DNA from: Raillietiella orientalis
Lineage: Eukaryota
Reading direction: 5' to 3'
Assembly: GCA_036172245.1 (NCBI GenBank)
Contig: JAYWIR010000018.1
Coordinates: 3,162,001 to 3,226,000 of the forward strand
DNA: 64,000 bases
Positions within the stretch are counted from its first letter, which is position 1; each line of letters begins with the position of its first letter. The notes below the pieces were generated by a model. The model was not told the DNA's origin. It saw only the letters and a list, made by a program, of their open reading frames with translations, and ran no database searches. Below, piece by piece: positions 25,521-37,256 of this stretch. The translations under genes were made by a program, and so were the position numbers.

Positions 25521-25625
25521 AAGAGTCTCTTCTCAGGGATTTAGTTAGCTTCCGGCATTCAAAGAGGCGTAAACACTTATTCTAACACGTTCTGGCTAAG
25601 TACTTCCATTAAGTGCTTCCGCAGG

Positions 25626-25711
25626 CACTCATTCTCGTTTTTTTCAAAAACGAGAATGAGTGGTGGTGCTTAAACAGAAAAGACAAAATTCTTGCAAATT
25701 TTGTCTTTTCT
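25626..25711. repeat. Two adjacent perfect hairpins
   Basis: CACTCATTCTCGTTTTT-ttc-AAAAACGAGAATGAGTG (17-bp stem, 25626-25662) and AGAAAAGACAAAATT-cttgca-AATTTTGTCTTTTCT (15-bp stem, 25676-25711). Confidence 0.92.
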
Positions 25712-26279
25712 AGCTCCAGTGTCTTTGATTGCTGAAAGTTAGGTCTAAACTCATTTCACTATCATCTGGAATCATTAACGATTCTGGAACATCCGCTTAA
25801 AAATGAATGTTGGGTGTTCGTGACTAAAGTGGAATATTGTATAGGTATTGGTTATCTTTCCTGGCGCTAGAGGACTCTGCTTTACGTGAGGGTCGACTTT
25901 CCTCGTATCTTCCCGTCCGCACACTTTAGAAGTCTAGCTTGGCTCCTAGTTTCACCTAATCAATTAATCGAAACACACACAGACACACAAAAAATTGCTG
26001 CATTCTGAAACAACAGCTGTTTATTCCATGTACCAGAATGGGAATCGAGGCTCTGGAGGAAAACACCATTCATGAACTTTGGTCCTACTTCAAGCCGTAA
26101 AGCTTGGAAATCATCAAGTCAAGTCACTTCACTTCGACTTTCAGTGTGTTTCTTCATTGGGGTGAACACGACCGGAATTCGGAGAGAATGCGAATGGGTT
26201 AGAGGAACCGGGGATGCTCACACCACAGCCGTGCGGTGAACGCATGAATGCAGAAGTTAAGGGAGTGTAAAGAGACGGT

Positions 26280-26810
26280 TCGTGTCTCCTCTGTTAGTAC
26301 CACTCCCTAAAAAAGAATGTCACATGCGCCTACCACTTTTATTAGCCTGCTCGAATGGAGATAACGCTTATGGACAACGATACGAAGTCCTGGTTCAGAA
26401 AAGCATTTCTGCACTATTGGGACTGAATAAATCGATTAACCATACCAATCGACGTTCAGGGTCACAGAGTTAAATTTACAAATCGAGGAAGTTCTTGAAT
26501 GGGCTCCCTGTCTCGCGCTGGGATCAAAAACGCGAAAGCCGAAAAAGACGTCAAGCATCTGGATCTGTTTGGGATCCGCGCTGCGCAGATGACTTTTCTT
26601 CATTTCGCCCGACAATCAACAACACTGCACTGACACCAAGTGCACGTTGCCGCTGTGTTCGTGCAGTCTCGTACACGTGGTCTGAAACATACCCCGTGAG
26701 TGATCGTTTGAGCAGAGCAGTCTGGCGAATTTTTGAGCAGTTCGAAGCGAAGAACGGAGCCGGGAAAAGTCCACTCCGTCTAACTAGGCACTGCAGACGA
26801 TCAGAATGAA
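26280..26810 (+). mobile_element. Decayed Ty3/Gypsy reverse transcriptase
   Basis: ORF 26282.. reads SPLLVPLPKKECHMRL...N...RYEV...ISALLG...TNRRSG (like SPiv.vpKK.g..R.c.DyR.lN...ypl...l..l.g....lDl.sG). Confidence 0.52.
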
Positions 26811-28379
26811 AAAAACAAAAGGGGGCTGCGCATCGCAGGACAGTGGCTATCAGCAACTGAGCTCAACGAACGACTTGAAGCTCTTGATGTTCATCTGCTC
26901 GTGTCTTTTAAGCTACTCCAATCCAGGGACCCTTCTGTAGCAACGCTACGGTAGCAAAGCAGGAGCATAGTCAAATTTCTTGTCAGACACTGTAAACAGG
27001 AGCGAAGCACTCGGGATTCAGCACCTCCCCTCCCCCGCCTCCCTTCCTCAAGGTAGCAACGCTCAAGCCTAACGCATCCAATGCGTTTCTGTTCGTGCTT
27101 TATGCATAGGACACCCGGTCACAGAACCAATTTGTGGAGGAAAAGAAAAGGAAACGGGCTCTGAATCTATCAACTAAAACTGAGAAGAGACCTGGCTGGG
27201 TGTCTCTCTCTCTGTAGACAAACGGAATTCACTGAACGCGTCTTTTCTCCGTGTGCTCCTTGAAGAGTTGTAGAGGCTTCCGAGAAGTTCATAGAAAACT
27301 GGAGAGTCGGTCGTTTCACCAGGAACCGGAGCCTCGTAAGTTGACAGTGAAATTCGTTTTCTTCCCTTCATTAGCATCCCGAAAGACGGTCGGCTTCATG
27401 CGAGGTCTGCACCCGCAAGAATTCGAAAGTCTGGAGGCGCGACGCCTGGGGACTAGGGAGAGAGTGCGCTGTCCTGAGGTCCGCTGCCGCGACAGCGAGC
27501 CAAGTAGACCTTGGAGGCGCCGCAGAGGTCGAAAAACGAGCGGGACCCGGTAGCTGCAGCTGCTTCCTTCGTTTTCGGGAGACCTGGCTTTCTACTCGGG
27601 AGGCAGGGAGCGAGGAACGGACTAGGGGGTCTCTCTGTCAAGGTTTCGGTTGTCGTCCGGAAAGTCACGAGAGCTCAGTCCAGAGACCTTTGAGAAAACT
27701 ATTAGTTCAACAGACTCATGAAAGCAGCCATTTGTTCATCTGTCTTTCCTTCTTCCTTCCTCCATTAAGTGAGCCAGGCGACTGCACACGCCAAAGTGGA
27801 GACTTCAGACATTCTTAGAAACCGTGCGCAAACATTCGCTAAAATCTGGATCTTTCGGTCAGAGTAAGGGTGGTCCCTTGCTTCCTCCTATCAGAGATGA
27901 AGTTTTGTGCTCACTAAAGTAAAAGCGCAGCAGCATTGATCCATTTATCAGTCTCCTTCTTGAAGTACTGATACACACACAGAACACGCAAAAGTAAAGA
28001 GAGAGAAGGCGCTAGGTTTTTCCGGGGCTTTTATTATTAAAAAATAATAATAAAAGACTGGAATATTCAAGTGTGGTGAAACAATTGGTTGCACCACGTG
28101 CTCGGAACTTAACATGAACGGCACGTAGACCGCCGAGGTCCGTTTCCACAGCAACGGGGAAGGAATAACTGGAAAAAAAAGAAACAAACAAAAAGAGAAA
28201 AACGGGAAAATAAGTTTCACTGGGGAGGGCAGTTGACCCGGTAGGGGATCACACTTCAGAGAGAGGCATATAGGTTGGGTGGGGTTGAGTCATGTTCCAC
28301 CTTTGCCCGCTTAAACCACAGAGGTTTTTTCGAGAAAATCAGGGATTGGCAAAACACCAAACCGTCGTTTTCAGTGTCC

Positions 28380-29030
28380 GCTAGAATAGCTTTCTGAGAA
28401 AGGTGGTCTTTCCTTCCCCTCTGAGCGGTTTAACCACTGATAGATGCCTCGGCTTAATCACACCTGCAACCTCTCCATCTGCCTGTTCGTCTCCGGCAGC
28501 AAGCACGAATCCTTCTGAAGCGAGGCAACGGAAACCACCATTGAAGGGGACTGTTCCCTGCTCATCCAGTTTTCCTCCCAGTTTTCGCAAGTGTTTCATG
28601 CCATGGTGTTGTGCGTCACATTCTGGGGAAACACTCTGGAGTTTCGTTCCAAAGTGCTCTAGAGACTCGCAAATATTCTGGAAGCTGCTGTTGTCCTTGC
28701 AGCTTGAGTCAGTTTCTATCATTAGAAGGACATCCGAAATGACTGCACGAGGTTACTCGCCTCCTTCTCCTTCGTATGCTTCACACTCAAGGACTTTCTG
28801 GAAAAGATTCCAAGTCTCAAATCCAGATCTCCCTGGAAAGGCGCTCACCATTCGCTTGCTGATGCGCTCTATCGGTCTCTTTAAGAGCCTTCCGTTCTCT
28901 TAGCACTTCCTCATTTCGAGGATCGCATGAACCTGGCCATTGTACAAACACCGATCTGAAGGTGCTTCTGCCACTCCTTTGTCGTAAACGCGGAGAACGA
29001 GTCCTTCGTACTTCCTCTCCTTCCTTCGCC
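28380..29030 (-). mobile_element. Decayed Helitron2/Helentron Rep-helicase segment
   Basis: Minus-strand LLKRPIE...FQKVLECEAY...ISDVLL...FGTKLQSVSPECDAQHHGMKHLRK (like lKR...e..N.yN...nmD.Q.vld.yac...ms.ll...g..fl..reVsaqEa.y..lg..L). Confidence 0.5.
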
Positions 29031-29304
29031 TTGCCTCTTTCATGCTTCGGATTTCTCTGTCACTATTCTCCTGTCATCCAAGAGCGCCAGATCTGGATGT
29101 AGTTCCAAATCTGCTTGTTAGAAGACGGCAGGTCCCTTTGTTCTCAGAGCGAACTCCTTCGGCGCCAAATCCAGAATGTGTGGCCAATGAGGGCTCAAAG
29201 TCAGGAGAGGTTTTCTGATATTCTGTTTTCTTACCAACTAGAGGTGGCTCTTTGTGATCGGGAGCAAATGAACCTTTTTCGCTGGAAGTGGTTTTCGGAT
29301 TTTC

Positions 29305-29973
29305 CCGCGTTGGCGTCTGTGTGACTGCGGCGTCCGTGCGTGGCACCAAGAGTTGAGAGTTCGAATCCATCCGGGGAAGGATCGACGCCGAGAATGCAGG
29401 GTCCGTCGTGGGTTTCGAGTCCCTCCCGCAAGGTGATGGCTGGTTGACCAACGGAATTCCGATGCAGTACCGGTGGAAGCCGGAAACCGGATGCTCCCGT
29501 TCCTTGACCGGGATTCGAATTGACTGTCCAGGGTCCTTCCAGGAATCAAGGAGCCGTCTCCCTTCGGGGTCCCTTTCCGCTTGTGAAAATGAAGCCGACC
29601 TCACCTTCGGAAGGAGACACTCCATCGCGTACCACGGAGCTGGTTGATACCCCCCTCGGGTCGTTGTCTCCCCAGAGTGCAAGAAGTGCGTTGCCCTTCC
29701 GAGAAATTGGGAAGCGTCCCTTCGGGGTTCTCTGCGGAGGAGGAAAGAAGTGCAGCTTTTCTCCGGAGAAGAAATTCTGGAGCACCGTTCACAAACCGGA
29801 TGGTCTCTTCGGAGAGAATAAGGAAGAGGTAGTAGTTTCCTTCGGGGTTCCCTCCAACCAGGACGACTTCCGGGTTACTCTCCCAAGGCGTAAGAGGAAC
29901 GAACGCCTTCCTCCGGAGCCTTCCTGGATTCATAGGATCGTCCCTACCCGGTTGCACCCTATAACTTGAAGAG
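29305..29973 (+). mobile_element. tRNA-headed SINE-like element, copy A (~670 bp)
   Basis: Head CCGCGTTGGCG...GTTCGAATCC (Pol III B-box at about 29359-29368). Conserved blocks shared with 37257-37922, 43108-43808 and 46833-47516. 3' end GATTCATAGG...ACTTGAAG. Interrupts a hAT relic. Confidence 0.8.
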
Positions 29974-30572
29974 CGATCTGGCAAACTGGTTTCGTGAGCC
30001 CTTCATCCACTAAATGAGCGCCACGTATGCCTTGGAATTTGCCTCCGAATTTCTTTCATCTCCATTTTGCTGTATGCTTTCGCCACACAGCTTCACATAC
30101 ACGCGTGCGTGTTGAAGGCCGAGCACTCAGCATCCCGGCTGACGGTCTCTGTTCCTGTCCATCCTGCCGACCTCGTTCGCAGTCCAGCTGTCAGTGGTAG
30201 CATCGCCACCAACCCTTTCTAGGAATGTTCTTCGACTTTTCTAGCCGTTTCTTCCTCTGTTGATGACAGTCCATCTGCTATGGGACGCCCTTTTCAGCGA
30301 TAATTACTACACCCATGGCATACAACGAAGGGACGTCTTTGGTTTCGAGATTCGGAATGCTTGCACACATGGCACGCGAAATTTTCACCTGCTTTCCGCC
30401 ATTTTTGGCTGAGAAACAGATGCGGTCAGCAAGCGCGCAAAAATTCTGGAGTCCCTCCGATGAGAGTTAAAAGATCTTTCGTTGAATCTCATGGTACCTG
30501 GGAACAATTCTGCACCATCCGTGCAAGATTGAAGTTCGAACTTTGTGGTACGATGCGGTCGGCTGAACTCAT
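29371..30572. repeat. Left arm of a 1.2-kb near-identical inverted duplication (partner 46234-47435)
   Basis: Mirror ORFs with identical translations (29520..29969+ = 46837..47286-; 29601..29984- = 46822..47205+). Paired coordinates sum to 76806 throughout. Only a few mismatches seen, mostly near 30530-30560. Confidence 0.97.
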
Positions 30573-33189
30573 GCGGTTTATGCCTTCTTGAGCATTGAGA
30601 GAGGCTGCCATTTTTGAGAGTATGCTTCGGGGATTTTCCATTTTCAACCATATCCAAAGGGATCTTATCAGAGAATACAGAGATGCGTAGCGGAAGGGTT
30701 ATAGAAGGTCCTTTTAGATATCCTTGAAAATGGAACGCCTCTGATAATAAACAAGCTTTAATCTGGAATTTCTGCTTAGCATTTGACTTGCCCCACATTG
30801 CAGGACGGGTGTCTGAGCCCATTTTCTAAAGATTTTCCTTCATCTAATTGAATTGGCCTATTGTTGATCTCTTGCTTATTGAGTTTTCTCGGGATCAAAG
30901 GGGCTTCTTACAAAAGGCTCCAAATTTGGGAAAAGTTTCGCGTCCTGCTAGAAAGAATCCAGAATTCAGCTCTCTAGAGTAAAGAGCCACAGACACGTGA
31001 TCTTCAGCTTCCTGAAACTAACGTCTAGTGGCGCGCGCGCCGAGCTAGAAATTTCCAATTTTTTTTTCTTGATAATCTTTGCAAATCTGCAATTTTTCCA
31101 ATGATAATAATAATAATGGTAATAAAGTGGAAAAATTGGTGCACTGCTTTGCAAAAAATAGGTTGGAATAGAACCTGGAATACTGTGGGTATTTCGCTGT
31201 AAAGTTCGAGTTTTCCTACGTCTGAAATTCTCTAACCATGGTCTTAATTTGAAGAGCATCTCAGAAATACTTTGTGATGTTTGCACGCACTATCACCATG
31301 TAATAAAGTAGAGGCACTGATGCATGAACTCAACTGCAAGAGCACCACTATCATCTAGCATCCGTTTCCACCTTGAGTGTTACCAAAATTTTTATATAAA
31401 TAAATTAAAGCACATGCACACTGACGTCTTCGCATTAGAAGATGTGATCACTTACTTCAAAGGACACGAGTAAGTACCACATGAGATGCATGATGATATA
31501 AAGTTTACTAGGAAAGGATCTGTAGGCGCGCGTAATACATAGGGAAAGTTTCCATGGAAACCGAATTTCCTTTACGATCGTCAGTATATCTTACGTTAAC
31601 GGATTGCATGACTAGTTTACCAACAGGTTTCCAGCTTTCACGATGTGGATAGTAGTTCTCTTAGCATAAGCTGCTTAGTATGTGGTTTAACATGAAGTCG
31701 TGTTCCATGTGTTGTGTGCTGTTTCCATGTTTTTTTTTCCCTAATAAGAAGTTCCCCGAAACAAGGCTGCTTTACCTAAGAAGCTTTCGTGTGTTGCTTT
31801 TAACGGAAAGCGATATATGGCGATCATTTCCAGAGGGGTGACCCACCCTTCTGCTTTTCATATTTTGATCTAACTGGTTTCTATAAGTTTTTCCGTTCCC
31901 TTTTCATACTGTAAGTATTGATGCATGCTAAATTAAGAGGCGTTGGGAAAACAAAATCACCTTCCTTGGTTGACTTATTCAATGTGGAAAACGCACTGTG
32001 GCTGTGCACGGTTGCGTTGAAGGCAGGGGTTTTTAATACTAAGCAGCACGTGGACACCCCGCACCTTCAATGAGATTGCTGCGCTCCCTGTTCAATGTTT
32101 CCGAGCACGGTGTTCCGCTTGCTCGCGAAGGGCCATAGTGGGCGTGCAGGTAGCCCTGAGTGGTTAGGGGGAGGGGAGGGGGGGCCCTTTGAACTCGTTT
32201 GCTCCAAGAGGGCGGGTGAGCTCTCTCTATCACAGCGTGCATCTGTGGGACTGAGTGGGTCTAAGGGGTGGCCCTGCAATGCGCCTGCAAGCCCGGCACA
32301 AGTTGCACGCTTGTGGTCCGCAAGCGGTTCGAAAGCTCAATCTCCCTCGCCCAATTTCGGTGCCTCCAGGACTGGGCACATCCAGTGGTGCTTCATAGCA
32401 AATCCTCGTTTCCGAGTCTCCTCAAACCGCTGGGAAGTCCGAATGCAGGGGTGCCACAAGTAACCTCGTAGGCCCGAACTCGATTGTTTGCGTTTTGATG
32501 TATTCCTGGATGTTTTATACTTTTTTTCCTGTTTTTTCCCGTAAATTCGTTAAATTAAGTTCAAAATTACAGTCTTATTAGCAATTTTGTGTGATTTCCA
32601 TTTTGTCAGATCATCGCCGAGAAAGTCGTGCTCGTATTAGCTAAAGGCACGGAGATAAATCATCTGAAGTTGCCTTAATCTTTCGTTACCAGTTTTCTAA
32701 GTTATTGGCTGTTTTGAGTAAAAGCGAGAAAAAAGAAGGAAAGAAAATCAGCAGTCGCATTCATGCGTTCGGATGTATGCCAATATGCCTTCGAAATCAC
32801 TTGCCACGTGTACAGTCTGAATGGCAAACCGGGAGAGCGGGAAGCCCCTAAGTAAGCATTCTTTGTAAGGGTGGGCATCCCTGCAACCGTTTCTAGCATG
32901 TGCTTCCTCTCAGGAGCAGTGCAGCAGTCAGTCGATAAGCTGCACTTATAGGTACTTGAAAAGAATTGAGGAAAAATAAATAAAAAAAAAAAACTCATCG
33001 TTTTAGCCCTTTGCTTTTTACCGTAATAAGCATAACGATAAAGTCCATCTGGTGGAATAGTGGAGAGCACTCCCTATATCTGCGAAAGCTAATTGCGTGG
33101 ATGCATCCGAGAATTCTCTGCTTACAGAGAGTGCACTCGCTGAGTGCGTGAACTGGCATTCCGCCTGCACCTTAATTGACTAATTGCAC

Positions 33190-34270
33190 ATTACAGTCCA
33201 TTGATGAAATTAGAATGCGAACCGGAAGCGGATTCAGCTTCCGGTCGCCTACATGGTTGCTTCATGACGCAGGCATTCCAGACCTGCACTTCGGTTGTTC
33301 CTTTTCGCTCCCAGTTTTTCTTCGACGGATGGTTGGAATCGCAAGGACCGGCTTGACCGGCTTTTCCCTGGTGTTCTCGTGGCCACTCGTGAAAGATGCA
33401 AAATTTCATCATTCCCGATGGCAGGCGTCTTCCTTCCTGCGCTCTTCTACCTGCGTTGTTTTCGCTCGAGCCTTCGAACCACTTGCGGCCACAGGCGTGC
33501 AACTTGAGCCGAGCCTGCAGGACCATTGCAGAACCACCCATTCTTCTGGACCCAGCCTGTCCCCATCTATTCCAGTGCCTTCTGTTGTCCTGGATCCTTG
33601 GTGTTTTCCACTAATTGCTCTGGTCTGGAAACATTTTCTTCATGATTTGGTGGTTTCTCGGGTCATGCTGCACGTATTTACCGCATTGTAACCTTTTTGC
33701 ATCGTGACTCGATAACTGCATTTCGTAAAAGAGACCGAGACCCTGGGATGTTGCCAGATAAAACACATGCGCTCTCAGAAAGCATCCGTTCGATCGAAGT
33801 TTGTCCTGGAGGTGGAAATAGTTTTCTCATAGGGATTTTTCGGTGCATGTTTCACGTATCTTCACACGAGATGATGATTTTCGTTGGATCCATGCATCCC
33901 TTCATCCCCGCTCTTTTCTCAATCGATTTTCTTCACTTGTTTCAGACTCGTAGATTCTTTCAGAGAGCTGACGTGCTACAAAAACAGCACCGTCGTTTTC
34001 TAAAGAAGCATCTCGCTGACGATGCAGTTCAGTGTCACCGAGTCTCAGTGTTTCTTTCCTCTGTAGTAGCTTGTGATTGACTCTTTAAGTATCATACGGA
34101 AGTCATTAGTGATGCAAGAAAAGCCTCCCGTTTGGAAGCAAAGAACCTTACGTTCTTCCATGCTTAGAATGCTCCTGTGACCAAGTGGAATAATGCACGC
34201 TGGAGTCGTATCTAGCAATCTGAGGGTAAGGATAGCCAGCATGCAGACTATAATCTGAATGTTCATCATT
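33190..34270 (-). mobile_element. Decayed RTE-clade RT and C-terminus
   Basis: LRLLDTTPACIIPLGHRS...RKVLCF (like ly..t.a.V...g..s..F....GvrQG), NAVNTCSMTR (like Yg.EtW.lt), GRKWFEG (like rl.W.GH) and GKAGQAGP...VQVWN (like gkR.rGRP...dR..W). Confidence 0.58.
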
Positions 34271-34539
34271 TGATTTCAACAGTGGGGATGAACTGGGCTA
34301 GGAGGTTTGATCAGCCGATCCCAATCAGGGTGGTGGGTGGTTGCATTGGGGCTCTGGTTTCTACATTGCAAAGCTATATGACTTGTGTTTGCCTCATGCA
34401 CCCGATTGAAATCATTTCTTAGCATTGAAATCATTGTCAAATTCATTCATCTCGTTAAGGAATTCCATAAAGAGTCGGTTTGTTTGTATTTTCGTTTTGT
34501 TTCAACAACGCGCGCAAGGTCTGGAGTGGAACGGGAGAA

Positions 34540-35250
34540 CATCGCAATGTCTCAGGAGAAAGTGAAAGTTCTCTCCGATACAAAACGGAAATCTGCTTGC
34601 ATCAACCGTGCGAACGACGTGATCCGCGGTCTGTTGGGTGCTGACGCTGACAGACGGCTTTTTCTTGCCTTCAGGCTCGAGCGAAGAGCGGGAGTGATGC
34701 GGAAAAGTACCTGCTACAGAAAGGAAACGTTTCCCAGAGGAAGAAGTCCGATAAGAAGGATCTCGACAAAGGGCAGTCATCCAAGAGCCTCAACCTGAAG
34801 ATCCAAGGGAAGTTCGGAAAGAAGTCCAAAAAGAGGAAGAAGAAAACGCGTGACCTACAGATCATTATAAATCCGGTACAGCAACTTTTATTCTTTCATT
34901 TTTGTGAACCCTTTCGTGCTGCTCAATGAAACGCACTCTTGTCTTGTCTTGCAAAAAAAAAAAAAAAAGATTTGAATCTTCTCAATTCGGATTCCATCTG
35001 GCATCTAGAGATGCTGATTCCGGAAATAGGATAAGGTGGAGTGTCGCTTTTTCCTCTCGAGTGATGGCTCTCATCTGAATCCTGAGGAGGAAGTTCATCA
35101 CCCGCAGTGCCGAAAGACTGTTAACGTTCAGCCGACTGCTGGAAGTTCCCTTTCTTTCCTGTACTCTGCCCTTCTCACATGCGAATCGAAGAAGGCTACT
35201 GCGTCGCGCTGCTCGCATTGCCCGGCGCATTTGCCACAAGACTGACCTCA
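34540..35250 (+). mobile_element. Decayed pogo-like (Tc1/mariner superfamily) transposase
   Basis: KRKSA...ADRRLFLAF (like Brinker-type HTH kR.sY...nr.aar.F) and SSDGSHL...RKTVNVQPTAG...LTCESKK (like nmDEtP....G.ktV....tG.ek...a.G.Kl). Confidence 0.5.
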
Positions 35251-35659
35251 TTAGCGCACGGCAGGACGCTCTGTAGCGGAACGCGAGAAGAGCTGCATTT
35301 TCCCCTTTGCCCGGGACTTCCATTGTTCTGCATCCTCTTCACTATGAATCAAACTCGAAAGATTTCTGATTGCACGGAAGTACGCAAGGGAGGGAATATT
35401 CGCAGCTTCTGCCCTTTTGGGCACAGCTTGTAGCCCGTTCACACCAGGGCGTTTGTTTCCATGTACATTAATAAATGTACACGTACAGAAATGCTATTCA
35501 GCAATTATGCCGACTAGCGACCGGCACCATGTAAGGAAAATAGGGCCTCAGAAAGTGAGGAATAGGGAAAAAAACAAAAACAACACACACGAAAAACTTG
35601 ATAATAAATTAATAGATGCTGAAAAAATGGGAGGAACCACTTGGGTTCAGGACGAAATT

Positions 35660-37200
35660 GCGCCGCAGCTTAGGAGTGGAAAGGCGGGAGGTCACCGAGC
35701 GCCTGACATCGTCTTCCTTACAACCTGCCTGCGTCCTCCACCTCCCATCGGAAACGAAGCCACCTGGCCATCCCTCTTCGTCATAAAGGGCATGATGTGG
35801 ACTGTCGTCTTCCAGTTCTGCCACTACTCGAACACAGGGCAAAAGGTCTGATCCTCAAAGAGTGCCGCCACTCCAGGCCGGAAGTCGTTCCGCGGCGGGA
35901 CGAGAGCTCTCCGCTCAGATTTGCTCGGGAGGTTTCGGATTCTCAAGCTTTCTTTCGGCACCGGGAATCTTCTCGTGGTCATTCGGGTGTGGGGCATGAG
36001 TATGGACTCCTTAGGGTGAGGCTTCCCACAACAGTCGGGAGGCTGCTGATTGTATTCCAGGACACCAAAACCTTGGTTCCTTGATTATCACCTTATTTAT
36101 GACAGCTTTTTCCCCATGGGGTTCTTGGCGGCCCCAGAATACTTCCTGAAGCATGTCTACGTTCATCCCCCTGTGCGAAGGCATGAGGAGCGATGGTCGA
36201 ATTACTCAACGACTCCGTTCCCGGATGTACTTGCTGGTCCTCTGTTACTCAAGGAAGCCTTCCGGGAGACATTCCAAGCGACGAGCCTCCTTGCATCCGA
36301 ATCGGCGGTCTTCCGAAAAAATCCGTCCATGGATGGAGGGTGTCACTCCGCCGACGAATAAGAACATCCCTTGTGGATCGGGTGTGCTGCCTCGACTTTC
36401 GTGGACGTTCCGGCACGACCACGCGGCGCGAGTTTGCCTTGGGTGCACTCGATATTCCAAGCTCGCACCTGCTGGACGCGTCCTTGTCTCAAACGGCGGA
36501 GGGTCGAGGGGATCTTTACGAACCATCACTCGAGAATGATCAGCATTGGGTGTCTCGACTCAGCTGCCGAGCGCGAATTTCCTCGCTTACCAAACGCAAG
36601 CAGACGCTAAAAGCGAAAAGAAAGGAGTACATCGGCCTGCAGACGTACACGTCCCGTGCAAGAATGGCGACGTTTGAATAGATCTGCACCCTTTACTTGC
36701 CAGGCATCATGAGAGGATTTCCATGGCAGCGGCGAAGGCGGAGTTGCTACCAAGCTTGGCCCTATGCGCCCGTTCCCCAACGAGCCGCTGCTTTTTGCCC
36801 GAGAGCCAACTGGTTGTGCCGGTCGCGGTGCCGCGCAAACCAAAACACAAGAATTCCTGTGTCAGAAGACGAACGTGCAAAAGGAGGAGGAGGTGGGGAG
36901 AGATGAAGTAGTCTGCTTGGAAGAAGATGGAGCAAAAGGTGGGCGAACTACTGGGCATGATTCGGGGGAGACTCGCAGCACATGCGCAAACGCTGGCAAA
37001 GCTGGCGGAGGCTTCGATGGTGGAACGAGCTCATTGCAAGGGAGTCAGGGATTTCCGTTTCCAGCTCGTTCGCTGTCTTATCCAATCCTCATGAGATGCG
37101 CGCTGCCTCTGAATTTCGAAGGACAAACGACCGGACTAAGACAGGAACGACTTCATCTCCATCTCTGCTCAGTAGTGAGTGTGGCTCAATGATTGGCCGA
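35660..37200 (-). mobile_element. Decayed DIRS/Ngaro-like tyrosine-recombinase retrotransposon (RNase H region plus YR)
   Basis: ORF 35609..35842 has GRWRTQAGCKEDDVRRSVTSRLSTPKL (like YR C-terminus HGRWkS..akdgYv.d....rL.vs..l). Upstream: RGSAHLMRI and EIPDSL (like kGS...hL..ia and eWIPR..N) and PPFAPSSSKQ (like DrFAs..n.ql). Confidence 0.6.
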
Positions 37201-37256
37201 ACTCCGTTCCTTCGCTTCATCTCGATTCCCTCCTCCTAGTTCGTTTAAGCAACACA

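Larger units (their letters stand above)
29090..30620 (-). mobile_element. Decayed hAT Ac-family (ZBED1-like) transposase interrupted by SINE copy A
   Basis: BED-finger-like SRRHKPHEFSR...QSC...H, catalytic-like DATTDSWTAN (like slTtD.Wts) and KLCGESI (like HTgenI). After the SINE, SQRATSSW (like Dv.TRWnS). Part of it is duplicated at 46234-46832 (+). Confidence 0.55.

Noticed and set aside
28381..28420. GEGKTT as the P-loop of a functional NTPase
   Set aside because: It sits at the very end of a short ORF inside a decayed Helentron-like segment, with no Walker B context.
29974..30572. 3' transduction by the SINE as the origin of the duplicated flank
   Set aside because: The flank contains several T4-T5 runs that should stop Pol III, there is no tail or TSD at the new site, and the two copies have different heads.
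32040..32480. Cys-rich C-terminus (CACKPGTSCT) of an unclassified DNA transposase
   Set aside because: The resemblance is suggestive but too short and too frameshifted to support a call.
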